A stretch of 64,000 bases of DNA from Podarcis bocagei (lineage: Eukaryota): the NCBI GenBank assembly GCA_964188305.1, contig OZ076886.1. One strand, given 5' to 3'. Below are positions 41,005-52,700 of the stretch, one piece after another. The notes under the pieces were generated by a model. It had not been told where the DNA came from, ran no database searches, and worked only from the letters and a program-made list of their open reading frames with translations. A program made the position numbers and the translations under genes. Every line of letters begins with the position of its first letter. The stretch's first letter is position 1.

Positions 41005-41285
41005 TTATAAATCATTTAATGTGCCAACACGAATAGAAGTTATTAATATTGCAGTTGTTGTATTAGGGATTATTGCTATGACCAGAAGGTAATTGAAATT
41101 AGTAAGATTTTGGAATGCAGAAATAAAGAAAATCGTCAAATCTGGTATGTGGGGGGCCACTTTATCTAAATTATATGATTCAGTATTTGAACGATCAGTA
41201 TTAATTGTATTATAAATTGGTATTGTTATAATGAGGCTATGATTGGATTGTAATTGAAAACTAATAAAAAAATATTAAAAGAAAT
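41005..41285 (+). mobile_element. Possible L1-like 3'UTR remnant
   Basis: AT-rich, central G-run, ends in aataaa plus A-rich tail. Confidence 0.35.
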
Positions 41286-42615
41286 TAAATAAAATGATTT
41301 TATGCACCAGATGTTTTCAGGGTATACGCATCTTGAGAATGTATCAGTGTCCCAAAATGGAGCGTGTCAAGATTTGCAGAGAATGGAGGCATTCTCTACT
41401 ATTTTGTTTTGCACACTTCAGCTTATAGAACAGGATGCTTTCCAAGACAGTATACTGGACTTAATGAATACCTACAGTTTTATATAGTTCTACATGTGCT
41501 GAGGATCCACCTGGAAGAGGTTACATAAATTCCTCCATCTCATAGGGAAACAAGCCAGGAAACTCCTCCTTGATGCAGAGGTGCGAGATAGTGCCTCACG
41601 GTGTCTTGGCTAAGGACCATCCCTTCCACTGACTCCTGAATTTGAGCTCGAGGAAGCAGGGCAAAGGCTGATCAGCCAAAGATACCAGTCTTTCATTTCC
41701 TTTGAGAATTACATTCTCTGCTGCAACCAGAGCAGACCACTAGGTGGACCATTAGATCAACCCAGAGTGTCATGCTGAAAATCCTTTGAACAATTATTTT
41801 CTGCACTGCAGGAACTCCTTTCTCCACACACCAATTGCTGCAATTGCTGTCCAATTCAAATCTTAGTTCAGCAACTAAAGGGGGCAGATTAGGACAGGAG
41901 CTGTCACCATAATTAAATATATGTTTATTTAGCTTATGGGAAGGGCTGCCCACTCCCCATTCTGCTCCTATGGCCTGGAAGGGGCCAGCTTTAGATCATC
42001 CATAGGCATTCTAAGTGGCCAAATATCTTGCACAGTTGGAAGAGACAAGCCTCCCCGCTTCCTCCCGGGGATAGCTCATCAAAACAGTACCATACTTTGT
42101 GTTTTCAATAGAAGGGGTTGCCAATTGACCAGGAGGGAGCGTGGCCTGGCTTGCTGACAGTGGACAGTTGAAAAAATGACAACCCTGTTTCCTGAAGCTG
42201 GCAACTGCACAGCTTCTCGTTCCAGAAGCTTCTTCCAGAATATACGCGCCTATTTCAAATGAGCACATGCTGAGTTTACTTGCGTTTCTCTTTTGGACTG
42301 TAAGCCACCTAAAAACACCAGACTGTAAGCCATCTAATCCCGGTTCCTGTTTTCACAGTGGCCAACCAGATTTCTGTGGGAAACCCTCCAGCACAAGAGT
42401 GCTTTTCCCTCTTGTGGGTTCCAGTGGCATATGGTGTCCAACCATTATTTTACCAGGGGGGAAAAGTTGCCCTGCAATGCGGAGAAGATGAGGAGTAAAA
42501 AAAAAAAGTGCCAAATGACTCAGTATCATAGCCTTTGAATCTTTAAATCAGGACTGCTTCAAGACAGTTTGTTGCCTGTGGTTAAGGAACAGTATTTGCC
42601 CCTCTCTGCATACAC

Positions 42616-42840
42616 CAGTGGTTCCCAACCTTTTTTTGGCCATGCCCCACCTAAGCATCTCTAAAATCCTGATGCCCACCCCCCTGTGACATATAATTCT
42701 TATTATTCAAAAAGTGAACTCCTATTCATGTGGAGGAAGCCTAAAAGGCCATTCACTGTTAATAACTCATTCTCAAATTGCCCCCCTTAAAAATAAAATT
42801 GCCCCCCCCCGGGGCATGTGCCCCACTTTGGGAACCACGG
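42616..42840. mobile_element. Non-autonomous hAT MITE
   Basis: TIR cagtggttcccaa / ttgggaaccacgg, 8-bp TSD gcatacac. Confidence 0.85.
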
Positions 42841-43082
42841 GCATACACACTGCCTTATGTATGTACCATATATTTAAAGTAGATGGCTCTCCCTCAAAAT
42901 CCTGGGAATTGTAATTTGTTAACAGTGCTGAGAGTTGTAGTGCTGTGGTGAGCAAAGCATAGCTCCCAGGATTCTTTGGGGAAAGTCGTGTGCTCTGACT
43001 AGATAAGCAGCTGAATTGTGATGCAATGCTGGTGATGGAGCAACATCCTCTACCACACCTGGGGGTAGCAGGATACCTTAGG

Positions 43083-43335
43083 CAGTGATGGCCAAACTTG
43101 GTCCTCCAGCTGTTTTGGGACTACAACTCCCATCATCCCTAGCTAACAGGACAAGTGGACAGGGATGATGGGAATTGTAGTCCCAAAACAGCTGGAGGGC
43201 CAAGTTTGGGGGTGCCTGCCTTAGGGCAATGATAGCCAAGCCCTCCAGACGTTGTTGGATTCCCACTGGTCAATGATCAGGGATGAAGGGAGTTGTAGTC
43301 AACCAACATCTGGAGGACCACAGGTTAGCTGCCCC
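43083..43335. mobile_element. Two adjacent copies of the palindromic hAT MITE (43083-43218 intact, 43226-43335 decayed)
   Basis: Same core; ccttagg flanks the first copy. Confidence 0.75.
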
Positions 43336-44632
43336 TTGTTTAGGGGTGCAGGGTAGGCTGTGTGATCTGCTGTTGCTCTGCCCCAGCTGTCTGTTCTTGA
43401 GGTGGCCACCTTACTCAGCCTAATGCTGCTTCAAATCTTGTAGCAACTCTGAAAGCAGGCCCAATCTTCAGTCCATACTGCCCTCGTCTTCCAAGAAAAG
43501 TTTCACGTGCTGACCAAACAAAAATCACTGAATCCAAAAGTGCAATAAAAAAATCTGACTATAGAGCTTTTTGGGTTTAACAGGGTTTTTTATATTATAC
43601 AATCCAGAGTGTTCTAGAATAAGCAACAGTTCTTTAACACAGGACAGATGATAAATATTAATAAATCTTGCATTCTTTAGCTCCCTTCTTTCCCCATATA
43701 TGCTGGGTTCTGCCGCACTTCATTTCCCTACCAGAAGATGTTCGCCTCTGGAAACTGGGGAATTGTCAGCCATGCATCTCAAACATGTGTTTGGCAAACC
43801 TCACAGAAGCTGGACCAACAGCCCTATGTCTGAGACATGCATCTAACTATTCCCAAGTTGCTATTCTTTTACTATTAATAATTTGATTGATTATAACCAT
43901 AAAAGCAGCTTACAGAGAATTCCATCTGACCACGAAAGTTTCAAAAATATGATCTACACATGCATTGTGTGATTTAAAAGCTTTTTTTATTTATCTGACT
44001 CATCTTGACTCCATGATGACGGGGCTGGACCAATGCTAACAATAAAACATTTAAAGAGAAAAACTTGACAGACAAAAAAAGGAGGGGGACAGGGGAGCCT
44101 GCATAGAGAATGAAGAAGGAATTGACTGGTACATCTCAAGGTAATTTGTAGTATATCAGCAAGGATTTCTTACTGATGATAGATTAACAATAGCAAGTAA
44201 AATGGCAAGTTGTTTTTTTAAACAAAGAACAAAAACCTCTATCGTAGTTGACTTTGTGCTAATCAGTTTTCTTAGCCTCATAATTCCGCATTTAGAATAT
44301 ATTAGTTTTATCTGATTGCCTCAGACTAGGTTTTTGTGCAGCTCTGATGGTGACCAGTTGTGGACATTTGTGTCAGAATTCCTGAGCTGTAGTAGTATAT
44401 AGATTTGTACTTGTATAGGCAGGTTATGACAGCTATTGAACAGAATGCTTCTTCCCAGACTAATCTGCCCCAGATCTGCAGAAGAGGCCCTTTTGGTGGT
44501 TCCATGATCCAATGAGATTTGTATTGCAGGGGTCTAGATTGGCTCTACGCCTACAGAATGACTTCCCCCTGTTAAGTGTGTCTCATCATAACATAGTTTT
44601 CATGGCATGTGAGGACATACCTCTTTGCCCAG

Positions 44633-45531
44633 TGTTGGGTGTTGTGTATGTGCCACAGAAGTTCAGTCAAGAGGTTAAGCTCACCGCAGAGTTAGCTTTT
44701 ACTTGGCAAAACATACACAACACACTACTAACACTACTAACAGTTGCTACAAGAAGTTTTTACTCTCTGAGCCCAGAGAGGGTTCTTTGCTTTCAAAGTC
44801 CTTGCTGTGCCAAAGTCCACTAGGCAAGTACTAAGACCTGCAACTGTCAGAGTTCTCCAAGTTCAGAAGTCTTGTAAGATGTTCAACTTCCCTCAGATGA
44901 GGTTTTCTCAAAGTCTTCCATGTTTCCAGAGATTTCTCCAACAGTCTTCACAAGTGTCCAACACTCCCCAGCAATTAATACAATAACCTGAGCCCTTTAG
45001 TGCTAGATGCTCGTTTGACCAGCAACTCAGATAAGAGAGTTACAAGGTGCCTGCAGCTGCACAGGGAGGGGGGAATCATTTATGCTGACACGTGGAATTA
45101 ACCCTTTTGTTGTAGTCTCATTGCTGAGCAACATTGTGTAGAGCTCAGTGGAATGGGAGGCCAGCCAACCAGAAGAGTCTCTGAGGCATACTTGTCTGAA
45201 GGCAGGGTCGGCATCCAGAGTCAGGTCCAGTCCTAGGGTGGGCGAACAGCAATCCATGTGGTCAGATGGTCCAGGGGTCAGAGAATCTGATGATCTTGGG
45301 ATCAAGGGTCAAGACAAGAAGGAAACAAGGTCAGGCCAGGAACTACAAGCGTTGTTACCAGCATCTGACTGCTGCTGGAAGCTCTGCTTAAGAAGGCTGA
45401 AGCCAGATAGTTCTCATCAGCGCCTTCATCTCTGAGTCCTTGAAGGCTGATCAGCTGCAGATGGAGTCAATCTGCCTTCTCCCCCTTCAGGCTGCTGTTC
45501 AGCAGGCAAAGCTAACTCCTGGCCCATGACA
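44633..45531. mobile_element. Two adjacent solo-LTR-like (Gypsy/ERV) segments inside a decayed L2-like element
   Basis: TG...CA-bounded segments (about 44633-45090 and 45135-45531) with short internal repeats (gtcagg/gtccagg); TSDs not confirmed. Confidence 0.4.
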
Positions 45532-47709
45532 CTTTCCCCCACTCTCCTTACCATTTTGGCGGGATGGGAGATGAGACTCCCTGCTTGCTGTTGCTTTGTG
45601 TGGTTTTACACTTTTATTCTGGATTATATTCTTTTAGTTTTATATTGTGTTTAATAGTAGTTGCACCCCTGCTGGCTTCACTTTCACAGATCAATGCCAG
45701 TCAGACAACTGCCAGAGGCAGAACCCCCAACAGGGCCTTCCCTGCTGCTCATAGGGCCTGAGATGGCTGGTTTGGGGGCAGTCCTTCTACATCTGTGACA
45801 TCAGATGCACATTAGGTTCATGAGAGAGGCTGCACTCTGCATTCCCTTATTCACCAAGATTAGAACTATGAGGGCACCATGGGGAGGGCTTTCATGGGGG
45901 CTTGTCACCCACCCTGAAGAATTTCATCCCCCAAGAAGCACAACCAACCCCATCAGACTCAGGAATCTCCCTCTGGGAAGTCTGCTTTTAAAAAACGAAA
46001 CAAAACATTGGCAGCCTGATCTTATTTTTAATTGGATTTTGCTTCTGCTGGTTTACCATGTTGTTTATGCTATCTTTTTCAAAGAGGACTGTTCTAATTT
46101 TTATGTATCATTTTGGAAGTTTTGTAAAGAAGCAACTAAAATGTTTTTTTAAAAAAAGAAGAAAGAAACACATCGTGTTTTCCCTTGTGCCTTTTCCCAC
46201 GGTAAACATTAGCTTAACTCCATTTAATTAAACAGAATGCAAGCAAGCGTCTTGGTGGCATTTTCACTGTATTTGCCCACTCTAATCAGCTGTGAGATTC
46301 CACCAAGTTGCTTGGCTGCATTAGCTCTTTACCCCATGGAAATAATTCCTGGCAAAGGATTTTATTGTGTTGACAAAAGGCACACTTTAGCCTCTCATTG
46401 CAGATTGAGTAGGGAGGCTGGTATTGACTTCAAAGGGAAGATGGATCAGGACCCTTAAAATTAAGAATGCCGCAGTTTATTCTAGGTAATTGCAGTTGTC
46501 ATTAAGCGGCCACGTACTTCCTAGGGCATTTATCTTTCTCTTGTAAACTGTTTGCTCCATTTTCTGCTGAATGCTTGGGCACTGTTTACATGTTCCATCT
46601 TGGCAGCAACTGCCAGCTTCAAATGTCCCACTTCTTTTGTACGGTTCTTATTATGGGAACATGGACTCAGGAGGGCAGCCTGGGGGAAGACTGTGATATT
46701 AGGAGAAGAGGAGACTGCTGAAAAGAGCACTGTTGCGCTCCTGGAAGGCTTCCATTGGCATCTGGTTGACCACTAGCAAAGCAGGCAGTTGAACTAGAAG
46801 GGCCTTGGGCTAATCCAGCAGGGCTCTGATGTTCCACAGCTCATTCAGCCCATTACTGTCTACTCTCACTGGCAATGGCTCTCTGAAGTCTTGTGTGGAG
46901 GCCTTTCACAGCATCTGCTCCCTGGTCTTTCAGATGCCAGCTATTAAACTTTAGAGCACAAAAATCATGGGCTCTACCACTGAGCTCTGGCCCTTACCTT
47001 ACCTCTGCATAGAGTCACAAAATTATCTTTATCTGTTTTTGTACCTATCTGCTCATCAGATCATGGAGCTCCTTCCCCAGCGTTGGCACCAGTGTGGCAC
47101 AGCGGATAGAGTGCTGGATTAGTATGTGGTAAACCCGGGTTCAAACTGCCACGAAGTTCACCACGTAGCCTTGCGTAAGTCTTTCCATCTCAGAGTTGTG
47201 TTCTGAAGTTGAAATACAGCGCTGAGCTCTTTGGAGGAAATGACAGAGTACAAATGTTAACAAGCAAGTGAAAACTGTGTAACAGGTGTATTTGCACCAA
47301 GCAAAATGGTGCCTCTGAGCTCTAAGACCAGAAATGAATCGTCCCTCTGGTCTGTGCAGTCTGTTGATTTCAGTAGGTTGGAACGATGTGTCTGATGCAG
47401 CCGTTTCTCATTCCATTTGGGCACTGCAATACGGTTCCATCCTGACCCGGGCCTCAATAAAGAAAAACTTTATGCTGTTGAATGCAGCCTACATTAACAT
47501 CCAAAAATCTGACACATAGTTGAAGGGCTGAGAAATCTCCCAGAGGAGCAGACTGGAGGAGGAAGCCTATCCAAGGATCCATAGATTCTGAAGCTAGCAG
47601 AGTTTGATGATCTTCATTTGCAGTTGAAATTTCAAAAGTGTTGATGGATTCCAAAGTCAGTTTTCTACTTTTCCTAGTCCCTAGAGAGAGCTCTTTTCAT
47701 AAGTGTGTC

Positions 47710-47844
47710 AGAATCATAGAGTTGGAAGGGACCACGAGGGTCATTTAGTCCAACCCCCTGCAAGACAGGAATCTTTTGCCCAATACGGGGCTTGAACCCA
47801 CGACCCAGAAATTAAGAGTCGCATGCTCTACTGAGTTAATTTGC
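47710..47844 (-). mobile_element. Short SINE: tRNA-Lys(CTT)-derived head fused to a CR1 LINE 3' tail
   Basis: Minus strand ctcagtagagcatgcgactcttaatttctgggtcgtgggttcaagccccgtattgggca, then gggttggacta...ccttccaactctatgattct. Confidence 0.75.
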
Positions 47845-47901
47845 TTTCTCTTTAAAAATACACAATATTTCCTGTATTAGCATTGATTTACTTCTTTAAA
47901 A

Positions 47902-48249
47902 GGGATGCGGGTGGCGCTGTGGGTTAAACCACAGAGCCTAGGACTTGCCGATCAGAAGGTCGGTGGTTCAAATCCCCATGACGGGGTGAGCTCCTGTTTC
48001 TCGGTCCCTGCTCTGACCAACCTAGCAGTTCGAAAGCACGTCAAAGTGCAAGTAGATAAATAGGTACCGTTCTGGCAGGAAGGTAAACAGTGTTTCCGTG
48101 CACTGCTCTGGTTTGCCAGAAGTGGCTTAGTCATGCTGGCCACATGACCCGGATACTGTACGCCGGCTCCCTCAGCCAATAAAGTGAGATGAGCGCCGCA
48201 ACCCCAGAGTCAGCCACGACTGGACCTAATGGTCAGGGGTCCCTTTACC
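47902..48249 (+). mobile_element. Sauria-type SINE
   Basis: Same family; TSD tctttaaaa. Confidence 0.9.
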
Positions 48250-49222
48250 TCTTTAAAAAGGGGGGTGGGGAGTAGGTAGCAAAATCAAAACAAAACACCC
48301 AGCTCATTTGATACACATTTCATCCTAGAATTGTAAAGGAGATTCACCTGTTTTTAAACCAACCTCCCTGCATGAAGACTATATAACTAGATTTACTGAA
48401 TGCCACTTGCTCATTCATTATTATTTTTTTGTCTTTTCTAATTCCCTAGATAACCTGCTTTATCATGGAACCTCACTTCTTCATTGTGTGGGTTATATTC
48501 TACTAAATTATACTCAGAATAGACCCACTGAAATGAATTAATTCTCTACTCCAAGTATGACTAACAACAGCAACAGCCACATACATTTTGAAAATGTGGG
48601 TCTGCGTAGTACAACAAAAACAAAACAAAAAACCCTCCTGTTTATCTCCATCATGGAGATAATTGAATCGGAGCCTCCATTCCAAGTTGTGTATCTCTGA
48701 ACAGCTGTCATTTCCTCCCTCTTGCCTGCACACATGAAAGGATGACTGATAACTGAGGCAGCATCCCTCTCTTCCAGCACAGCAGCCAAATGTGTGGGAT
48801 TGTTTGATGCTGTTAATGAGATCCTCACATCCTGAAGGGAACAGACACCAGTAAACATGGAACAATTTCTTATTGTGCCATCCTTTGTCTTGGTATGTTA
48901 AAGAACGCCCACTCGGAAGTGCTAAGGTCTATAAACACCCCCTGGTCTTACTTAGTCCAAGGCAGGCAGTGGCTTTTGTATATGTGTGTTTCACATTCGG
49001 CAACAATGCTCTTCCCAGCAGGACTGGTGGTTCACACTATTGTGTGAGGCCTGATCCGGCTGCAGGAAGGAGCGAGATCCTTATCAGCCTGAGGGAGTTT
49101 ACTGAGCAAGTGAGATCATGCTGTCCCCATAAAAACAGTTGCCTTTTCCAGCCAAAAATGCTGCCGGCTGCAGGAGGATTTGGTTCCTCCTCCAGGCTGC
49201 GCCGCAGAAATCCCTTATACAT

Positions 49223-49700
49223 CAAGAAGGACACTGACAAACTGGAACGTGTCCAGAGGAGGGCAACCAAAATGGTCAAAGGCCTGGAAACGATGCCTTA
49301 TGAGGAACGGCTAAGGGAGCTGGGCATGTTTAGCCTGGAGAAGAGGAGGTTAAGGGGTGATATGATAGCCATGTTCAAATATATAAAAGGATGTCACATA
49401 GAGGAGGGAGAAAGGTTGTTTTCTGCTGCTCCAGAGAAGCGGACATGGAGCAATGGATCCAAACTACAAGAAAGAAGATTCCACCTAAACATTAGGAAGA
49501 ACTTCCTGACAGTAAGAGCTGTTCGACAGTGGAATTTGCTGCCAAGGAGTGTGGTGGAGTCTCCTACTTTGGAGGTCTTTAAGCAGAGGCTTGACAACCA
49601 TATGTCAGGAGTGTTCTGATGGTGCTTCCTGCTTGGCAGGGGGTTGGACTCGATGGCCCTTGTGGTCTCTTCCAACTCTATGATTCTATGATTCTATGAT
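49223..49700 (+). mobile_element. 5'-truncated CR1 LINE (ORF2 C-terminus and 3'UTR)
   Basis: KLERVQRRATKMVKGL...YEERLRELGMFSLEKRRLRGDMI...WNLLPRSVVESPTLEVFKQRLD; (ATTCTATG)n tail. Confidence 0.93.
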
Positions 49701-52700
49701 CTCTGCTCCAATCTGCCACACATGAGGCTGAGAGGTCATGTCTGTGCATACAGGCATTTCTACCCCAAGGAGCTCATTGTCCCTCCACAATTTATCCTCA
49801 CAGCCATTCTGTGAGGTACATTATTCTGAGAGTGTGTGACTGATCTAAGGTCACCCTAAAGCTTCGTGGTTGTGTGAGGATTAGCAACTTGCAACACTCT
49901 ACTGAATTGTGGTGCGGCCCCCTTCTTCTCTCTTCTTTGAGCTTCACAGAGAGGTCAGCTGGGGGTCTGAGAGGTGAGTGGCCTTGGAATAAAATCTGCC
50001 AGGCCCACCTCCTGACCCTCTCCCCCTGCTCCCAATTTTAGTCAAAGCATGGTTTCATCCAACGCCTTCAAAGAATAGTGGCCGAGAGAGTCTTGTCACA
50101 AAATGTGAAGGGGCCTGGGTCTCTTTTGAGCTCCTTGTAAATCAAACACCCACTCTGTTCTCTGCCACCTGTACTGGGGCAGGGAGTATTGTTTACCAAA
50201 AGGGAGAGGAGGATTTCCACCACATGCTGTGTCCCTCACATATGACCAAAGCTGTCTCAAATATAATTGGCTGTAGACTACTGAAACCAAACACAGTTTT
50301 TCAGGGAGGCTTTGAATCCTACGGAGAAATACTGCACATGCCCTACTATTGCATCTTCATCACAAGACTTCAGTATCATCATCCTCGCCACCCCTCAGGA
50401 TTCAGTGATGTGCTTAAATGTACAAAGCAAGGATGCTAATGTCCCTCTTAAGGTATATGCTGAATATTTATCCAGTTAAAACAAAGATCCATCTAGCCCA
50501 GTTTTCTTTTCTTTGTAAAATAAAATCCAGCAGCCAGATGGGTGGCCTACGAGAGATCAGGGTTCAGTGGTGGGCGTCTTATCCTCTAACCATCCCTGCT
50601 CTACCCCACTTATCTTGCTAGATGCCAACTCCTTTTTGGACTAATCTTGTTCAGTGCACTTAATCATGTACGACTTCCAGGAGCTAGCATGTGAAAAATC
50701 TTCCACCTGGAAGAGCACTTGAAAGTAGAGACAATGAGACCCACAAAATGAGTTGAAATATTGAGTGAGGAAAAGGAAATGGAGATGAATGATGAAAATC
50801 ATTCCACCCTCTTGGAATCCATGTCTGAAAGGGTTCCAGCATCTCTTCCTGTCTCCACCAGGTCCCTGTTAAGGAATTTCCTAATGACATTTTCCCGTCT
50901 TTGTGGTTTTGCTAGTGCTAATTGAATATTAAACACAGATTCATTCTAACCGCAACCTGGCTTCTGGCAATCGCCTTCCAACTTACAAAGAAAAAGAAGC
51001 TGATATTGGAGTGTTTAATGTGAACAGAGTAATCCTATCATTCAGGGTAGCCCTCAAGGAACTTGCCTTATATTGATTCAGATCTTTGGTCTATCTAGCT
51101 CAAGTGTTGTCTACATCAGAGGTGGGGAACGTGTGACTACCCTGAGAATGGCCATGCAGACTGCCCTCCTCCAGGATGCTTGCCTGGCACCAAATCAAAT
51201 GCCTTTATGGCACAAGGATCTTCTTGTTATTCACTTCGACCTCTCAGCCAGTTTCTGATATCTAAGCTGATCTTAGCAGCTGGTTTTAAATCCTTGTTAC
51301 TGCTGCTCTTAATCCTTTGGTGGTGGTTTTATATGGTATATTAACTATAATTTATCTCAGTGGGTTTTAAAATTTGATGGGAGCTCACCCTGGAAATCTA
51401 TTATCTGAAAAGATGGTGCATCTAATAACACATAGTGGACTAAAAAGAAGTTATTTCTGGCAACCTGGCCCTAAGCCCGTTTCCCCGGAAGTCTCACTAA
51501 GTTTAATGGGGCTTACTTTGGGGAAAAGCAAGCTTCAGGCAGCAGATCCTAAATGTACCCACTTAGACATTCCAGTGAAATCAATAGAATTTGACACCAA
51601 ATAGCTCAGGATTAGGTTTCTGGAAAAAACTTGGTGCCCTTTAACACTTAGAAGCACTGAGCAATAATTTAGTCTGGCAAAAAGGTGTGGTAGGATTCAG
51701 TACTCTTGTGTGAAGCATCTGAATGATGGGATTTTATCCTGCTTTGTTCACTGAGGTGAATGACCGCACACAAGTTTGAGAAGTCAAGGCAAATGGGGAG
51801 ACCCGAGTCTAGTGCACAGGAAAGGTCTAAATCATGTTCATCCACAGGCTGTGAAATCCACTCTCTGCGATCTCCCACTATTTGTTATTTTACCTCATGT
51901 CATGCTCACTTTCCACTTTGTAGGCCTTTTGCAAAAATAAACTCCATGTAATTATATTCCAGCAGATGCAGGAAAGAAGTTCATCGTCTGCCTGTCTTCT
52001 CCCTTCACACACCCGGCTTCAAAGACCTGCTGGCACATTAGCTCATGGGACTGTAGCTGGAGAAGGCAAAGATCATAAAGGCTGTCTGCTTTCTGAGAGA
52101 GTTTTCTTGACAGAGGATGTATCAGATGTCAAGTATATGCTCCACACACAAGGCTTAAAAACTCCAAACTCCCCCAACCCCAACCCCCATAATAATAGTA
52201 TTGCCTATAAGTCACTTTAGTGTCTTGGGAATCTTTACATGCTTAATAGTTTAGCTTTCCATATCCCCTCAATATGCTCCAATCAAAAGATAATTTGCCT
52301 TAAATTGCTCTGAGGCAAAAGGGTGGGGGGAATTGTTTTTTGCCTAACGTCTCACAACAAATCCATAGTTGTGCAAGACACAGGGTCCCATTCACATTAA
52401 AAGTGAGGCAAAATATTATTAAACCATCCACTTGAGTGTGTAATTGTTAGGAACTACAGCAATCATGAATGGACGGGTGAATAAATGGACAGATCTCATA
52501 TGAAGGGGCAATGGAAATTGTTAAATTGTCCAGAACAGTTTGGAAGCCAAAATATGAAGCACATATAGTCCAATACACTCTTATTACTAATAATGACTGA
52601 AAAGTAGTGCATTATTATCTCCCTCCGCTGACAGCTACCTCACAAGAGTCACAGCAGCAGCAAATCAAATATAAAACCAAAAGTTGGCCTGCAAAAGTTC

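Noticed and set aside
41302-42070. Protein-like reading frame on the + strand
   Set aside because: About 8 stops in about 250 codons, close to random expectation, with no recognisable motif.
47777-47844. Functional tRNA-Lys gene
   Set aside because: The acceptor stem and D-arm are damaged and it is fused to a CR1 tail, so it is treated as a SINE head.
48873-49619. 248-aa ORF, the longest in the supplied track
   Set aside because: The C-terminal half is CR1 ORF2. The N-terminal half is flanking DNA with a non-ATG start. It is not a host gene.
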